Below, in pieces: positions 1-8,038 of a stretch of 64,000 nucleotides of DNA. The translations under genes were made by a program, and so were the position numbers. Position 1 is the first letter of the stretch. Each line of letters begins with the position of its first letter. This DNA is from Dehalococcoidia bacterium (GTDB lineage: Bacteria; Chloroflexota; Dehalococcoidia; Lucifugimonadales; G958296245), in assembly GCA_963664035.2 (NCBI GenBank), contig OY760867.2, forward strand, positions 192,881 through 256,880, written 5' to 3'. The notes under the pieces were generated by a model. The model was not told the origin of the DNA and searched no databases. It worked only from the letters and a program-made list of their open reading frames with translations.

Positions 1-131
1 ACCAGAATGTTACATGCCGTTCGGGCGTGCTCGGAGCGAGCTCTGAGGGGGGCGGCCCCTCCGTTCGTATTGATATTTCTCGGCATGGGAGGAGCATAGC
101 ACACGCGTTCGCTATCGGTCAAGCGCCGGAC

Positions 132-260
132 CAGGGCTTTTCATTGTTAGGATAGGGTCGTACCTTGCCGTTCGTGGTGAGCCTGTCGAAGGCCCCGCCT
201 GTGGTTCGACAGGCTCACTACGAACGAGGCTCACCACGAACGGACTTTGGAAAGGCCCTG
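132..260. mobile_element. MITE-like segment bounded by ISAs1-type terminal-repeat-like sequences (tentative)
   Basis: 243..260 gactttggaaaggccctg differs at 1 of 18 nt from the right terminal repeat of the IS at 10461..10478. 132..147 cagggcttttcattgt resembles the IS left repeat cagggccttttcaaagtc (about 14/18 with one gap). The interior has no transposase and is made of nested hairpins. Confidence 0.3.
168..243. repeat. nested/alternative inverted repeats
   Basis: ccgttcgtggtgagcc (168..183) is the reverse complement of ggctcaccacgaacgg (228..243). gtgagcctgtcgaa (177..190) is the reverse complement of ttcgacaggctcac (205..218). ggctcacYacgaacg occurs twice in tandem (212..226, 228..242), which gives mutually exclusive pairings. 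The structure lies just downstream of the minus-strand REase stop (329). Confidence 0.75.
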
Positions 261-328
261 CGGTTTGGCAGCCTTGCTTTGCAGGTGGGGATCGCCGTCA
301 CCATGAGACCCCTTGAGGGGATGTGTCT

Positions 329-1234
329 CTACGACACAGGCGTCTTGGTTATCCGCACGGTGTAGTGGAACAGTTCATTGATGAACTCGGTCCACCTCTC
401 GCCTTCATGCGCCAGGTCATCGAGCAAGAAGACCTTGACTACACCCATCTGGTCCAACCTTGTCCTCATTTCCGGCGTGACGACGCCAGCGACCAGGAAG
501 TTGACGCAGCCGGGCGGAGTGGCTTCGAAGCTCTTCTGCATCGCGCCGAGCCGCTCAAGCGCACCAGCGGGATCCTTGCCGCCTTTGATCTCGATCGTCG
601 CCGCCTCCCTCACATCGTCCCCAACCACCTGTCGGAACAGGATGTCCGGCTCAGACCCGAAACGCATCGAGTATCCGTCGGGCAGCTGGAACTCTGTCGC
701 GTCCTCGCTCTGTTCCAAGATCATCCCACGGCTGTCGAGCCAATTCCGGATACGAGTCTTCACCAGGTTTTCGGCGTCGCGGCCTATGATATTGCGGAAG
801 GTACCATCCAAGCCTATGCCCATGTTGGCGATGATGTTCCGGTAGCCGTTCTCCAGCGTCCAGTTGGTCGTACCCTCGATGATGGAGGAAATCACCGCGT
901 TGTACAGTCGAGCGACGCTCGTGCTCTGCTGCTCCGTGATGCGCGACTTGCGCGATCCGTCTTCCCACGAGGCTACGGCCACGGCGATATCGGCCACTCG
1001 CTTCTGCGGCAGCATCGCAATCCCCCGGTAGTATTGCGAAGTCCGGGGATGTTCTCGGAGAAGCTGTGGGTGCGCAAACACCTTCTTGGGCTCAATGCCG
1101 GATGCGGCTACGAATTCCCATGCCTGCTCGCTGATCACCAGATCGTCTAGCGGACGGAAGTCCAGTTCGCCTGTGAAGCTGTCGATGAGCTCACGCAGGG
1201 CGTGGTCTGTCCGATGACGGATCCTCTCCGACAT
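329..1234 (-). CDS. putative type II restriction endonuclease (PD-(D/E)XK)
   Basis: ORF 329..2104 is over-extended. Protein-like composition begins at ATG 1234 (MSERIRHRTDHALREL...), giving 301 aa. Contains EPD-x17-EIK (EPDILFRQVVGDDVREAATIEIKGGKD), a PD-(D/E)XK signature. It lies 35 bp downstream of, and co-oriented with, a DNA methyltransferase. Confidence 0.6.
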   Translation of the reverse strand: MSERIRHRTDHALRELIDSFTGELDFRPLDDLVISEQAWEFVAASGIEPKKVFAHPQLLREHPRTSQYYRGIAMLPQKRVADIAVAVASWEDGSRKSRITEQQSTSVARLYNAVISSIIEGTTNWTLENGYRNIIANMGIGLDGTFRNIIGRDAENLVKTRIRNWLDSRGMILEQSEDATEFQLPDGYSMRFGSEPDILFRQVVGDDVREAATIEIKGGKDPAGALERLGAMQKSFEATPPGCVNFLVAGVVTPEMRTRLDQMGVVKVFLLDDLAHEGERWTEFINELFHYTVRITKTPVS

Positions 1235-1269
1235 CAACGTCGACCTGAGCCGCGCGTCGTCGAGGCCGG

Positions 1270-2661
1270 TCACCTGCGCACCCACCTGTAGACGCACTTC
1301 CTGATCTCGCGCCTGCCGAAGCGGCGCATCTGCTGGCTCGAGTTGCCCTTGCCGCGCGGCAGCATCCAGATGTTCTCGCACGTGAAGCCGGACTGCTCGG
1401 CGAAGTCGGAGAGTATCAGGTCTACCGGCGCCTCCTCTCCGTGGTACTGGACGTTGTCGTTCACCATGATCACGGTCCCGCCGGGGCGGGTCACGCGCCC
1501 CAGCTCGGCGACGACAATCGCCATCTCCAGGAAGTACCCTTCCAGCAGCCTGATCACGTGCCTGTTGCCGAGCTCGGCGGCGCGCTCCCTGAGAATGGCG
1601 AGCACTTCGTGGATGGCGTCCTGGCCCTCGTACATCCCGATCGCGTCGTCCAGCAGCCCGGGGCCCTCGCCGTATACCTGCCGAAGCCATGCCAGCTTGG
1701 TCTTGTTCTCCACGGTGGCGGACAGCATACGTTGCCTGAGGTCGGCGAATCCGTCCTGGTCGAAGCCCAGCCAGGCAAGCTCCAGGGCGTAGGTGCGGGT
1801 GTAGTCGTACCTGTTCGCGTATGGCGGCGACGTTATCACCATGTCGAACCGCGCCTCCGGCAGCTCCCGCATCAGCTCCAGGCACGAGCCCGTCATGAAC
1901 TCGGGGTATCCGCCGCCGTACTCCTGCTTGAGCATGTCGACGTCCTGCACCATCTCGAACAGCCGGGCGCCGAGGGCGTGCCGGAACGACAGGATGGGGC
2001 CCTTGTCCACCCTCGCCCTGAGCGCCCGCCCGGACCGGTGGTCCCACCGAAGATACTGGCCGTCCTTTCGCGTATAGCTCACATCTTCCAGGACGGTCAT
2101 GCACGCCAGGTCCAGCAGCGTCCGGACGGCGCGGCCGCCGGTGTGGGACACGAACTGCCGCGCCTTCGCTATGGCGGCCTCGGTCTCCCCTGGGAAGGCC
2201 GCTTCCGTGATGCCTACGTGCGGAAACGCGAACTCCGGCGGCGCCGGCTCCTCCGAGGCGACCCTGTCCATCAGCTCGCCGCCCGCGGCCTCGAGACCGG
2301 CCCTGGATACGCCGTTGGCGGCCTGTGCGATCCCGTGGCCCGCCAACACGCCTACGGGCATGATTTCGATACCTGTGGCTGACTTGCCCCTGCCCGCGGC
2401 GACCAGGGGCGTCGTGCCGATGCCGGCGAACGGGTCGAGGACGGCCGTCGGCTCATGCTCGTCGATGAGGCGCTCGACTAGCGTGCGCGAGAACCCCTCC
2501 TTGTACTTCATCCAGCGCAGGCCGGGCACGCCCCGGTTTCCCTGGTAGGAGACGGCCTTGCGGGTTAGCTCCGGGTTGACGTACATGCGGCCGCGGAACC
2601 GCTCGTGCAGAGCTTGCCGCCCCTTGACGCTGCCTCCGTTGGGAGACACTACCGGCTCCAT
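1270..2661 (-). CDS. DNA methyltransferase, amino-MTase (N4-C or N6-A), alpha motif order
   Basis: 463 aa. Motif I DPFAGIGTT is at aa 76-84 and motif IV TSPPY at aa 277-281, with about 190 aa (putative TRD) between them. SD GGAGG lies 8 nt upstream of ATG 2661. Confidence 0.85.
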   Translation of the reverse strand: MEPVVSPNGGSVKGRQALHERFRGRMYVNPELTRKAVSYQGNRGVPGLRWMKYKEGFSRTLVERLIDEHEPTAVLDPFAGIGTTPLVAAGRGKSATGIEIMPVGVLAGHGIAQAANGVSRAGLEAAGGELMDRVASEEPAPPEFAFPHVGITEAAFPGETEAAIAKARQFVSHTGGRAVRTLLDLACMTVLEDVSYTRKDGQYLRWDHRSGRALRARVDKGPILSFRHALGARLFEMVQDVDMLKQEYGGGYPEFMTGSCLELMRELPEARFDMVITSPPYANRYDYTRTYALELAWLGFDQDGFADLRQRMLSATVENKTKLAWLRQVYGEGPGLLDDAIGMYEGQDAIHEVLAILRERAAELGNRHVIRLLEGYFLEMAIVVAELGRVTRPGGTVIMVNDNVQYHGEEAPVDLILSDFAEQSGFTCENIWMLPRGKGNSSQQMRRFGRREIRKCVYRWVRR

Positions 2662-2694
2662 CTACTCGACCTCCTGTCGATGGCTACCGTACGC

Positions 2695-2723
2695 ATAGTA
2701 GCATGAATGTTCGCAGATGGGAA
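2695..2723 (-). promoter_or_regulatory. candidate promoter of the R-M operon with overlapping palindrome
   Basis: Minus strand reads TTCCCA-17 nt-TACTAT (plus-strand tgggaa 2718..2723, atagta 2695..2700). The palindrome ATGTTC-N8-GAACAT (2707..2726) overlaps the -35. Hexamer matches are weak. Confidence 0.25.
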
Positions 2724-2952
2724 CATCTTTGGCAGCTTTGACGGTCGGTCGATACTGCATCCGTTCGAGTGTAGGTGAATTCAGAGGTGTAGGTGGGCTA
2801 TCTGGGAAGGGAGTTGGCTGGCGTCGCTGTAGGCCCCCGAGAATGCCGGCAGTAGGTCAGCGGTGAACAGCCCGCCGCTGACCATCATTGAGACGCCGAC
2901 GAGGAGGTGCCGCTGTTCGTCAGAGAGCATGCCCCTGGACTCGTCGGATGTG

Positions 2953-3201
2953 CTACGGGAGTCCTAACCCTTCTCTTATCGCCCTCAACGCGGCCTGCAC
3001 AACATCCACGTTGGCCTCATCCGTCTCTGCGCCTTCGAGCATGTCGGCGGCCACGTCCCCACTCATGACGGTGTAGTACCCCGCCGAGTTCCGGAATATG
3101 AACGTCCCGTCCACAAAGAATAACGCGCTGCCATCCGGTCGAATCAGTATCCGATCCGAGTTGGACATCTCTACCAGATTATGGTCTATGACTACGTGCA
3201 T
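2953..3201 (-). CDS. hypothetical protein (82 aa), third gene of small-gene cassette A
   Basis: Intact ORF with GGGAGAA SD-like sequence 9 nt upstream of ATG 3201. It starts 18 nt after the stop of the upstream gene. No family recognised. Confidence 0.55.
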   Translation of the reverse strand: MHVVIDHNLVEMSNSDRILIRPDGSALFFVDGTFIFRNSAGYYTVMSGDVAADMLEGAETDEANVDVVQAALRAIREGLGLP

Positions 3202-3218
3202 CCCTAGGGCTTCTCCCT

Positions 3219-3551
3219 TCAGTTGAAGGCTATCCCGAAGATTCGGAGGGCCGTCACAATGATCCCGACGCCAGTCAGCGCTCCAACCAAGTACCAGATA
3301 CGATTTTCTACACCACGAACCCGGTCGGCCACATCCTTGACGTCATCTCCCACTGAGGTTATCTGCCCTACGAGCCGTTCTTCACTCGCATCTATTTGCC
3401 TCTCCATTCGGCGTCCCTGGTCACGCAAGTCCTCTCGCAGCCCTTCCAACGTCATCCGCGTCCAGGCGGCATCGCTCTGGGGAAGATCGTAAGGAGGCCG
3501 TGTGTCGTGGGGTGGCCCTTCCGGCTCTAGTCTTTGGGGTTCACCCGCCAT
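3219..3551 (-). CDS. coiled-coil protein with single C-terminal TM helix (tail-anchored; DUF1640/XhlA-like architecture)
   Basis: 110 aa. The charged heptad-like middle (LREDLRDQGRRMERQIDASEERLVGQI...) is followed by a hydrophobic C-terminus IWYLVGALTGVGIIVTALRIFGIAF. ATG 3551 overlaps the upstream gene's stop by 11 nt. Confidence 0.65.
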   Translation of the reverse strand: MAGEPQRLEPEGPPHDTRPPYDLPQSDAAWTRMTLEGLREDLRDQGRRMERQIDASEERLVGQITSVGDDVKDVADRVRGVENRIWYLVGALTGVGIIVTALRIFGIAFN

Positions 3552-3795
3552 GTTTCTTTATCCAATCCCATACCCCCGATTGCTGCCTGCCCCAGTACGG
3601 CCCCAACGAGGAGACGATGCATGAGCCAGCATCGGACGCGACTAACTCGTCGGATATCTGCTGGCAGGTCTTCTGGCCGCCACCGGCGATGAGGAAGGTA
3701 TCGTCCTGGAGCCGGAGGTGGTCTGGGTACAGCCGGTTCAACACCCGCGCCGTCGCCGCTACGTCACTTATCCCGAACAACACGTAGATTGGCAT
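3541..3795 (-). CDS. hypothetical small protein, 'WDW' family (paralog of 6288..6560)
   Basis: 84 aa, with SD GGGGAG 4-5 nt upstream of ATG 3795. It aligns along its length with the 90-aa product of 6288..6560 (YVLFG/FIAVF; LQDDTFLIAG/LSDHAVLLRG; LGPYWGRQQSGVWDWI/NGSYSGYHYQSLWDWL). Confidence 0.65.
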   Translation of the reverse strand: MPIYVLFGISDVAATARVLNRLYPDHLRLQDDTFLIAGGGQKTCQQISDELVASDAGSCIVSSLGPYWGRQQSGVWDWIKKHGG

Positions 3796-3871
3796 CCCGC
3801 TCCCCTCGCCTTGCTTCCTAATCCTACCGTATCTCCTACTTCTCTATATGTCACAAATAGCTTAACACGGG

Positions 3872-4927
3872 CTATCGGCGAAGAACACCCCCTACCGTCA
3901 GCACCACCTTGCCGAAGACCTGCCGGCTCTCCAGCGCCTCGTGGGCGCTGGAGGCGTCCTCGAGGCTGTACGTCCTGTCCACGACGCCGCGTATCGCGCC
4001 CCGCGAGGCCATATCGACGATCTGCCGCAGGTCGTCCTTCCTGCCCATGAAGACGCCGAAGACGGTCTGGTTCTTCAGGAATAGCTGCCCCATCTGGAGC
4101 TCGGCCCTGTACCCGGACGTTACCCCGCAGATGCCGTAGCGTCCGCCGGCGGCCAGCGACGCGAACGCGTCCGCCCACGGCTCGGCGCCCACGTGGTCCA
4201 CCACGACGTCGACGCCCTTGCCGCCGGTCAGATCCTTCAGCCGCTGGCGCACGTCCTCCGACGCGTACCGTATGACGTGGTCCGCGCCGAGCGCCGCCGC
4301 CATATCCGCCTTCTCGTCCGTGCTGGTCGTGGCTATCACCGTCGCGCCCACGACCCGCTTGGCGACCTGTATGGCCGCCGTGCCGACGCCGCTGGACGCC
4401 GAGAGCACGAGAGCCGTCTCCCACGCCCTCAGCCTGGCGCGGCGAAGCAGCATGCTCCATACCGGCATGAACACCGTCGGGAGCGCCGCCGCCTGCTCGT
4501 AGGAGAGCGAGTCCGGTATGGGCACGACGTTGGACGCCGGCACGGAGACGAGCTCGGCGTAGCCGCCCCGCGTCGTCCTGCCCATCATGTCGGGGGAGAC
4601 GCATAGCTCGTCCTCCGCCGCCAGGCAGTGGGCGCACTGCCCGCAGGTGATCTTGGGGTTCACCACGACGCGGTCGCCGGGCCGGACGCGGCTCACCTCC
4701 GAGCCGGTCTCCAGCACGTCGCCCGCCGCGTCGGAGCCCAGCACGTGGGGCTCGTCCAACGGCAGCCGGGTGCCCCGCACGCCCAGGCGCACGAATACGT
4801 CGAGGCGGTTCAGCGCACAGCTCCTGACCCTGACCAGCACGTCGTTGGGCCCGACGCGCGGGTCCGGCAGGTCGCCGTAGGTCAGCTTTTCCGCCCCCCC
4901 GTGCTCGGTTATGTAGACTGCCTTCAT
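3872..4927 (-). CDS. zinc-type alcohol dehydrogenase / quinone oxidoreductase (MDR family)
   Basis: 351 aa. Has the structural-Zn Cys cluster CGQCAHCLAAEDELC and the nucleotide-binding segment SASSGVGTAAIQVAK. The N-terminus MKAVYITEHGG...LTYGDLPDP is typical of MDR enzymes. Confidence 0.85.
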   Translation of the reverse strand: MKAVYITEHGGAEKLTYGDLPDPRVGPNDVLVRVRSCALNRLDVFVRLGVRGTRLPLDEPHVLGSDAAGDVLETGSEVSRVRPGDRVVVNPKITCGQCAHCLAAEDELCVSPDMMGRTTRGGYAELVSVPASNVVPIPDSLSYEQAAALPTVFMPVWSMLLRRARLRAWETALVLSASSGVGTAAIQVAKRVVGATVIATTSTDEKADMAAALGADHVIRYASEDVRQRLKDLTGGKGVDVVVDHVGAEPWADAFASLAAGGRYGICGVTSGYRAELQMGQLFLKNQTVFGVFMGRKDDLRQIVDMASRGAIRGVVDRTYSLEDASSAHEALESRQVFGKVVLTVGGVLRR

Positions 4928-4934
4928 CGCGCGC

Positions 4935-5882
4935 TCAACCTCCGTGCTTCCGTGGGGCCAGCGGGAATACGTCTTCCGCGAAAGCCTCCATCCGTTCGAT
5001 GCTCTCGCGCACCGTCCCGTGGCTCAGGCTGACCAGCAGGTGGCGCACCCCGAGCGCCGCCATCGCCGCCATGTCCGCCTCTAGCTTGCTCATCGGGCCG
5101 GTGAGCAGCCGTCCGTCGTCCTGCCCGCCGACGGGCCAGCCCACGGCATAGGCGACGTCGAGCGACGCCGGATCGCGGCCCGCCTGCTCGGCGTACTGCC
5201 GCAGCAGGTCCATGCCCCTCGCAAGCTGCGGGAGCGTCTCCAGCGGGCTGGCCGAGTTGGTGCCGATGGGGAACCAGCCGTCCCCCAGGGTCGCCGCCCG
5301 CCTGATGGCCGGCCGGCTCTCCCCGCCTATCCAGATGGGCGGGTGCGGCTTCTGCGCCGGCTTCGGCTCGAAGACCACGCCGGAGAAGTCGCAGTATTCG
5401 CCGTGGAACTCGGGGTCGTCGGACGTCCATAGCTCCTTGAAGGCCCGGATGTACTCGTCGGTCGCCGCGCCGCGCCGCTCGAACGGGGGCGCTCGAAGTA
5501 TCTCGAACTCCTCGCGCATCCACCCGACGCCGCACCCCACCGTGAGCCGACCGCCGGAGAGCGCGTCCACGGTCGCCAGCGCCTTCGCGGTGTGGATAGG
5601 GCTGCGGTAGGGCACGACGAGCACCCCGGTCACGAGCCGTATGGCGCTCGTGGCGGCGGCCAGGAAGCTGAGCAGCGTCGGCTGGTCCAGGAACGAGAGT
5701 GAGTCCCCGTACTCGCCGCTGACGCTGTACGGGTACCGCGAGCGCACCTGCCGGGGCGCGATGAGGTGGTCGCCGGTGCTCAGGAAGGCGAACCCCAACT
5801 CCTCGCCCCTGCGGGCCAGCGCCGCAAGAGCGCCGCCCGTAGCCAGCGGCCCGCCTATGGGAAGATAGAACCCGAAGTCCAT
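4935..5882 (-). CDS. LLM-class (luciferase-like) F420-dependent oxidoreductase
   Basis: 315 aa. The N-terminus MDFGFYLPIGGP...EELGFAFLSTGDHL, together with GGRLTVGCGVGW and PPIWIGG, is typical of luciferase-like monooxygenase family members. Confidence 0.8.
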   Translation of the reverse strand: MDFGFYLPIGGPLATGGALAALARRGEELGFAFLSTGDHLIAPRQVRSRYPYSVSGEYGDSLSFLDQPTLLSFLAAATSAIRLVTGVLVVPYRSPIHTAKALATVDALSGGRLTVGCGVGWMREEFEILRAPPFERRGAATDEYIRAFKELWTSDDPEFHGEYCDFSGVVFEPKPAQKPHPPIWIGGESRPAIRRAATLGDGWFPIGTNSASPLETLPQLARGMDLLRQYAEQAGRDPASLDVAYAVGWPVGGQDDGRLLTGPMSKLEADMAAMAALGVRHLLVSLSHGTVRESIERMEAFAEDVFPLAPRKHGG

Positions 5883-5940
5883 GGTGTCGATGCGGCCCTA
5901 CCCTGTGGCGGAGTCCCAGGGCAGCGCAACCCGGGGTGAC

Positions 5941-6129
5941 TTATTCCAAGAGCTTGATCACGGCGACCACGATAGCGGCCAGCGCAACGATGCTGCCCAA
6001 CTGTACCCCCACGATCCACTTTATCAGGTCGGCCTTCAGGTTCCCGATCTCTTCCTTCAGATCGGCCTTGGTCGCCAGGTGCTCGTAGGCCCCCTCGAGA
6101 CGGCTGACGCACTGTTCCAGCGTAGCCAT
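5941..6129 (-). CDS. small coiled-coil tail-anchored protein (DUF1640-like)
   Basis: 62 aa: MATLEQCVSRLEGAYEHLATKADLKEEIGNLKADLIKW followed by the TM helix IVGVQLGSIVALAAIVVAVIKLL. It shares the LATK(A/E)D(L/I) motif with the 6553..6792 product. Confidence 0.55.
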   Translation of the reverse strand: MATLEQCVSRLEGAYEHLATKADLKEEIGNLKADLIKWIVGVQLGSIVALAAIVVAVIKLLE

Positions 6130-6287
6130 TCAACTCTCCCGGGTGCGACTCCGCGCAGGTTACGCTCTCCCCGCGGAATTATCAAGGACGTCCCAGGTGG
6201 TCAGATGCCGAACGCCAGAAGCCAGAATTGACCATTCACGGCGTAGGTTATAGACTTGACAGTACAATTTCAAGGAGGACGACCTTG

Positions 6288-6560
6288 ATGAACGGCAAGG
6301 GGTTGTTCATAGCCGTTTTTGAGGAGCCCACGCCCGACGTAGCTTTGGAACGTGCGAGAGCGGTGTCTGAGGAGGATGTGTACCAGCTTTCAGACCATGC
6401 GGTTCTGCTGCGTGGCTACTACGGCTCAGCCAAGGCATTAGCTAAAACTCTCGGTATGCAAGAGCCTACCACCGGGATCGTGCTGAGGCTGAACGGGTCC
6501 TACTCCGGTTACCATTACCAATCCCTCTGGGACTGGCTGGATTCTAGCGACGATGAATAG
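6288..6560 (+). CDS. hypothetical small protein, 'WDW' family (paralog of 3541..3795)
   Basis: Start moved to ATG 6288 (MNGKGLFIAVF...), which has SD AAGGAGG (6272..6278) 9 nt upstream. 90 aa. See the alignment under 3541..3795. Confidence 0.7.
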   Translation: MNGKGLFIAVFEEPTPDVALERARAVSEEDVYQLSDHAVLLRGYYGSAKALAKTLGMQEPTTGIVLRLNGSYSGYHYQSLWDWLDSSDDE

Positions 6561-6792
6561 CGCCAATGGGCCGCGTCAATCGCGAAGTCACGAGGTTCAG
6601 CTCCTCGACGACAAGATCTACGAGATCAACGCTCGCCTGTCGGAGCTCTTGGGTGAGCGCAAGAGCCTTGCCACCAAGGAAGACATCGCGACGGCAAAGT
6701 TCGCGATGCTCACCACGGGGATCGCGATGACCGTCTCCGTCGTGGCCGCCATCGCCAGCGTCGTGATCGCCGTGACCCGCGTGATCTCCTAG
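6553..6792 (+). CDS. coiled-coil protein with C-terminal TM helix (tail-anchored), cassette B
   Basis: 79 aa. ATG 6553 overlaps the upstream stop by 8 nt (gATGAATAGc). Coiled-coil segment EVQLLDDKIYEINARLSELLGERKSLATKEDI is followed by the TM helix MLTTGIAMTVSVVAAIASVVIAV. Confidence 0.65.
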   Translation: MNSANGPRQSRSHEVQLLDDKIYEINARLSELLGERKSLATKEDIATAKFAMLTTGIAMTVSVVAAIASVVIAVTRVIS

Positions 6793-6874
6793 GTTCCACC
6801 CCTGCAACGCCGCTCCTGCGTGTTCGGTGGGATGGGGCCACAAATACCCGGAGCTAGACTTACTTAAACGCCGC

Positions 6875-7951
6875 TTACCCCACCCTGATCGTCCTGCCGG
6901 TCGCGGACGACTCCAGCGCCGCCTCCACGACCTCCAGCACGTGGACCGCGGCCTCGATGGGCGCCTCGGCGGGTTCGCCGGCCCTGGCCGCGCGCAGGAA
7001 CGAGGTCACGAACTCCTCCCCCACCTTGCCGATGTAGGCGGGGGAGTCGGGCGGGGAGAAGCGGCGCTCCTGTAGCCCCGACGTGGCCTGCCCCGGGGCG
7101 ATGCTGTGCAGCGTGTAGTAACTGCCGTCGGACATCGGGATGCGCGCGTAGCCCTCCGTGCCGCGCAGCGCCAGGAACATGTCGTAGTGGCCGCCGCTGT
7201 ACCCCTCGGGGCTGCCCGCCATCAGGTATCCGCAGTTCAGCGCGCCGATAACGCCGCTCTCGAACCTCAGCGCCACGCAAGCGGTGTCCTCCACGTCCAC
7301 CCCCTCGGGGTTCAGACTGCCGACCATCGCCGATACCTCGGCCACGCGGTCGCCGAGGATGTAGCAGAGGATGTCTATGTGGTGGCAGCCGAGCCACGAG
7401 AGGATGCCGCTGCCCGCCTGCGACTTCTTGAACAGCCAGTAGTTCGGGTCGCGGTAGCGTATCAGCGAGGTGATGAAGCGCGCCTCCACCTGCATCACGC
7501 GCCCCAGGTCGCCCGCCTGCGTGACCTTCCTCACCTCGCGCATGATCGGGCTGGCCCGGTTCGTGTACATGGAGCCGACGGTCACCCCGGCGGCGGACGC
7601 CTTGTCGGCGAGACGCCGCAGCTCCGCCGCGGTCAGCGCGCCGGGCTTCTCGAAGATGGCCGGCTTGCCGGCGTCTATGGCCGCCTCCAGCACGGCGGGG
7701 CACTGGTCGTTGCGCACGCTGACCAGCAGCGCGTCTACGTCGGGGTTGGCGGCCATCTCCGCGACGGAGCCCATCATGCCCGCGGTCTTGGAGGTGTTCG
7801 CCGCCAGGCTGTCGAGGTCTTCGCCCTCCAGCCCGCACAGGTACACCCCCTCCACCTCCTCAAGCTCCTCCAGGGTCTTGACGTGGAAGTCGGAGTGCGG
7901 GTTGTCGCAAGATACGACGCCCACTACGAATCCGTCTCGTTCGCTTCTCAT
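6875..7951 (-). CDS. Gfo/Idh/MocA family oxidoreductase
   Basis: Start set at ATG 7951 (MRSERDGFVVGVVS...), preceded by SD GGAGGA. Has an N-terminal Rossmann fold, the EKP motif (AIFEKPGALT), and a C-terminal alpha/beta domain. Confidence 0.8.
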   Translation of the reverse strand: MRSERDGFVVGVVSCDNPHSDFHVKTLEELEEVEGVYLCGLEGEDLDSLAANTSKTAGMMGSVAEMAANPDVDALLVSVRNDQCPAVLEAAIDAGKPAIFEKPGALTAAELRRLADKASAAGVTVGSMYTNRASPIMREVRKVTQAGDLGRVMQVEARFITSLIRYRDPNYWLFKKSQAGSGILSWLGCHHIDILCYILGDRVAEVSAMVGSLNPEGVDVEDTACVALRFESGVIGALNCGYLMAGSPEGYSGGHYDMFLALRGTEGYARIPMSDGSYYTLHSIAPGQATSGLQERRFSPPDSPAYIGKVGEEFVTSFLRAARAGEPAEAPIEAAVHVLEVVEAALESSATGRTIRVG

Positions 7952-8038
7952 TTCACAGTCCTCCGTCGTCCAAGCTGCCGTATCGCCAATCACCCAATGG
8001 GGATAACCCCCATCCCTTCGACAGGCTCAGGGCAGGCT

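Noticed and set aside
1235-2104. N-terminal 290-aa extension of ORF 329..2104, and other frames overlapping the methyltransferase (1441..2382 +, 1343..1792 +, 2099..2548 +)
   Set aside because: The extension overlaps the well-supported MTase gene in another frame and is Arg/Pro/Gly junk. Protein-like sequence starts only at ATG 1234.
2781-2930. 49-codon minus-strand ORF (MLSDEQRHLLVGVSMMVSGGLFTADLLPAF...) downstream of cassette A
   Set aside because: It is below the ORF-track threshold, with no convincing SD and no recognisable family. It could be a small membrane peptide, but the evidence is insufficient to call it.
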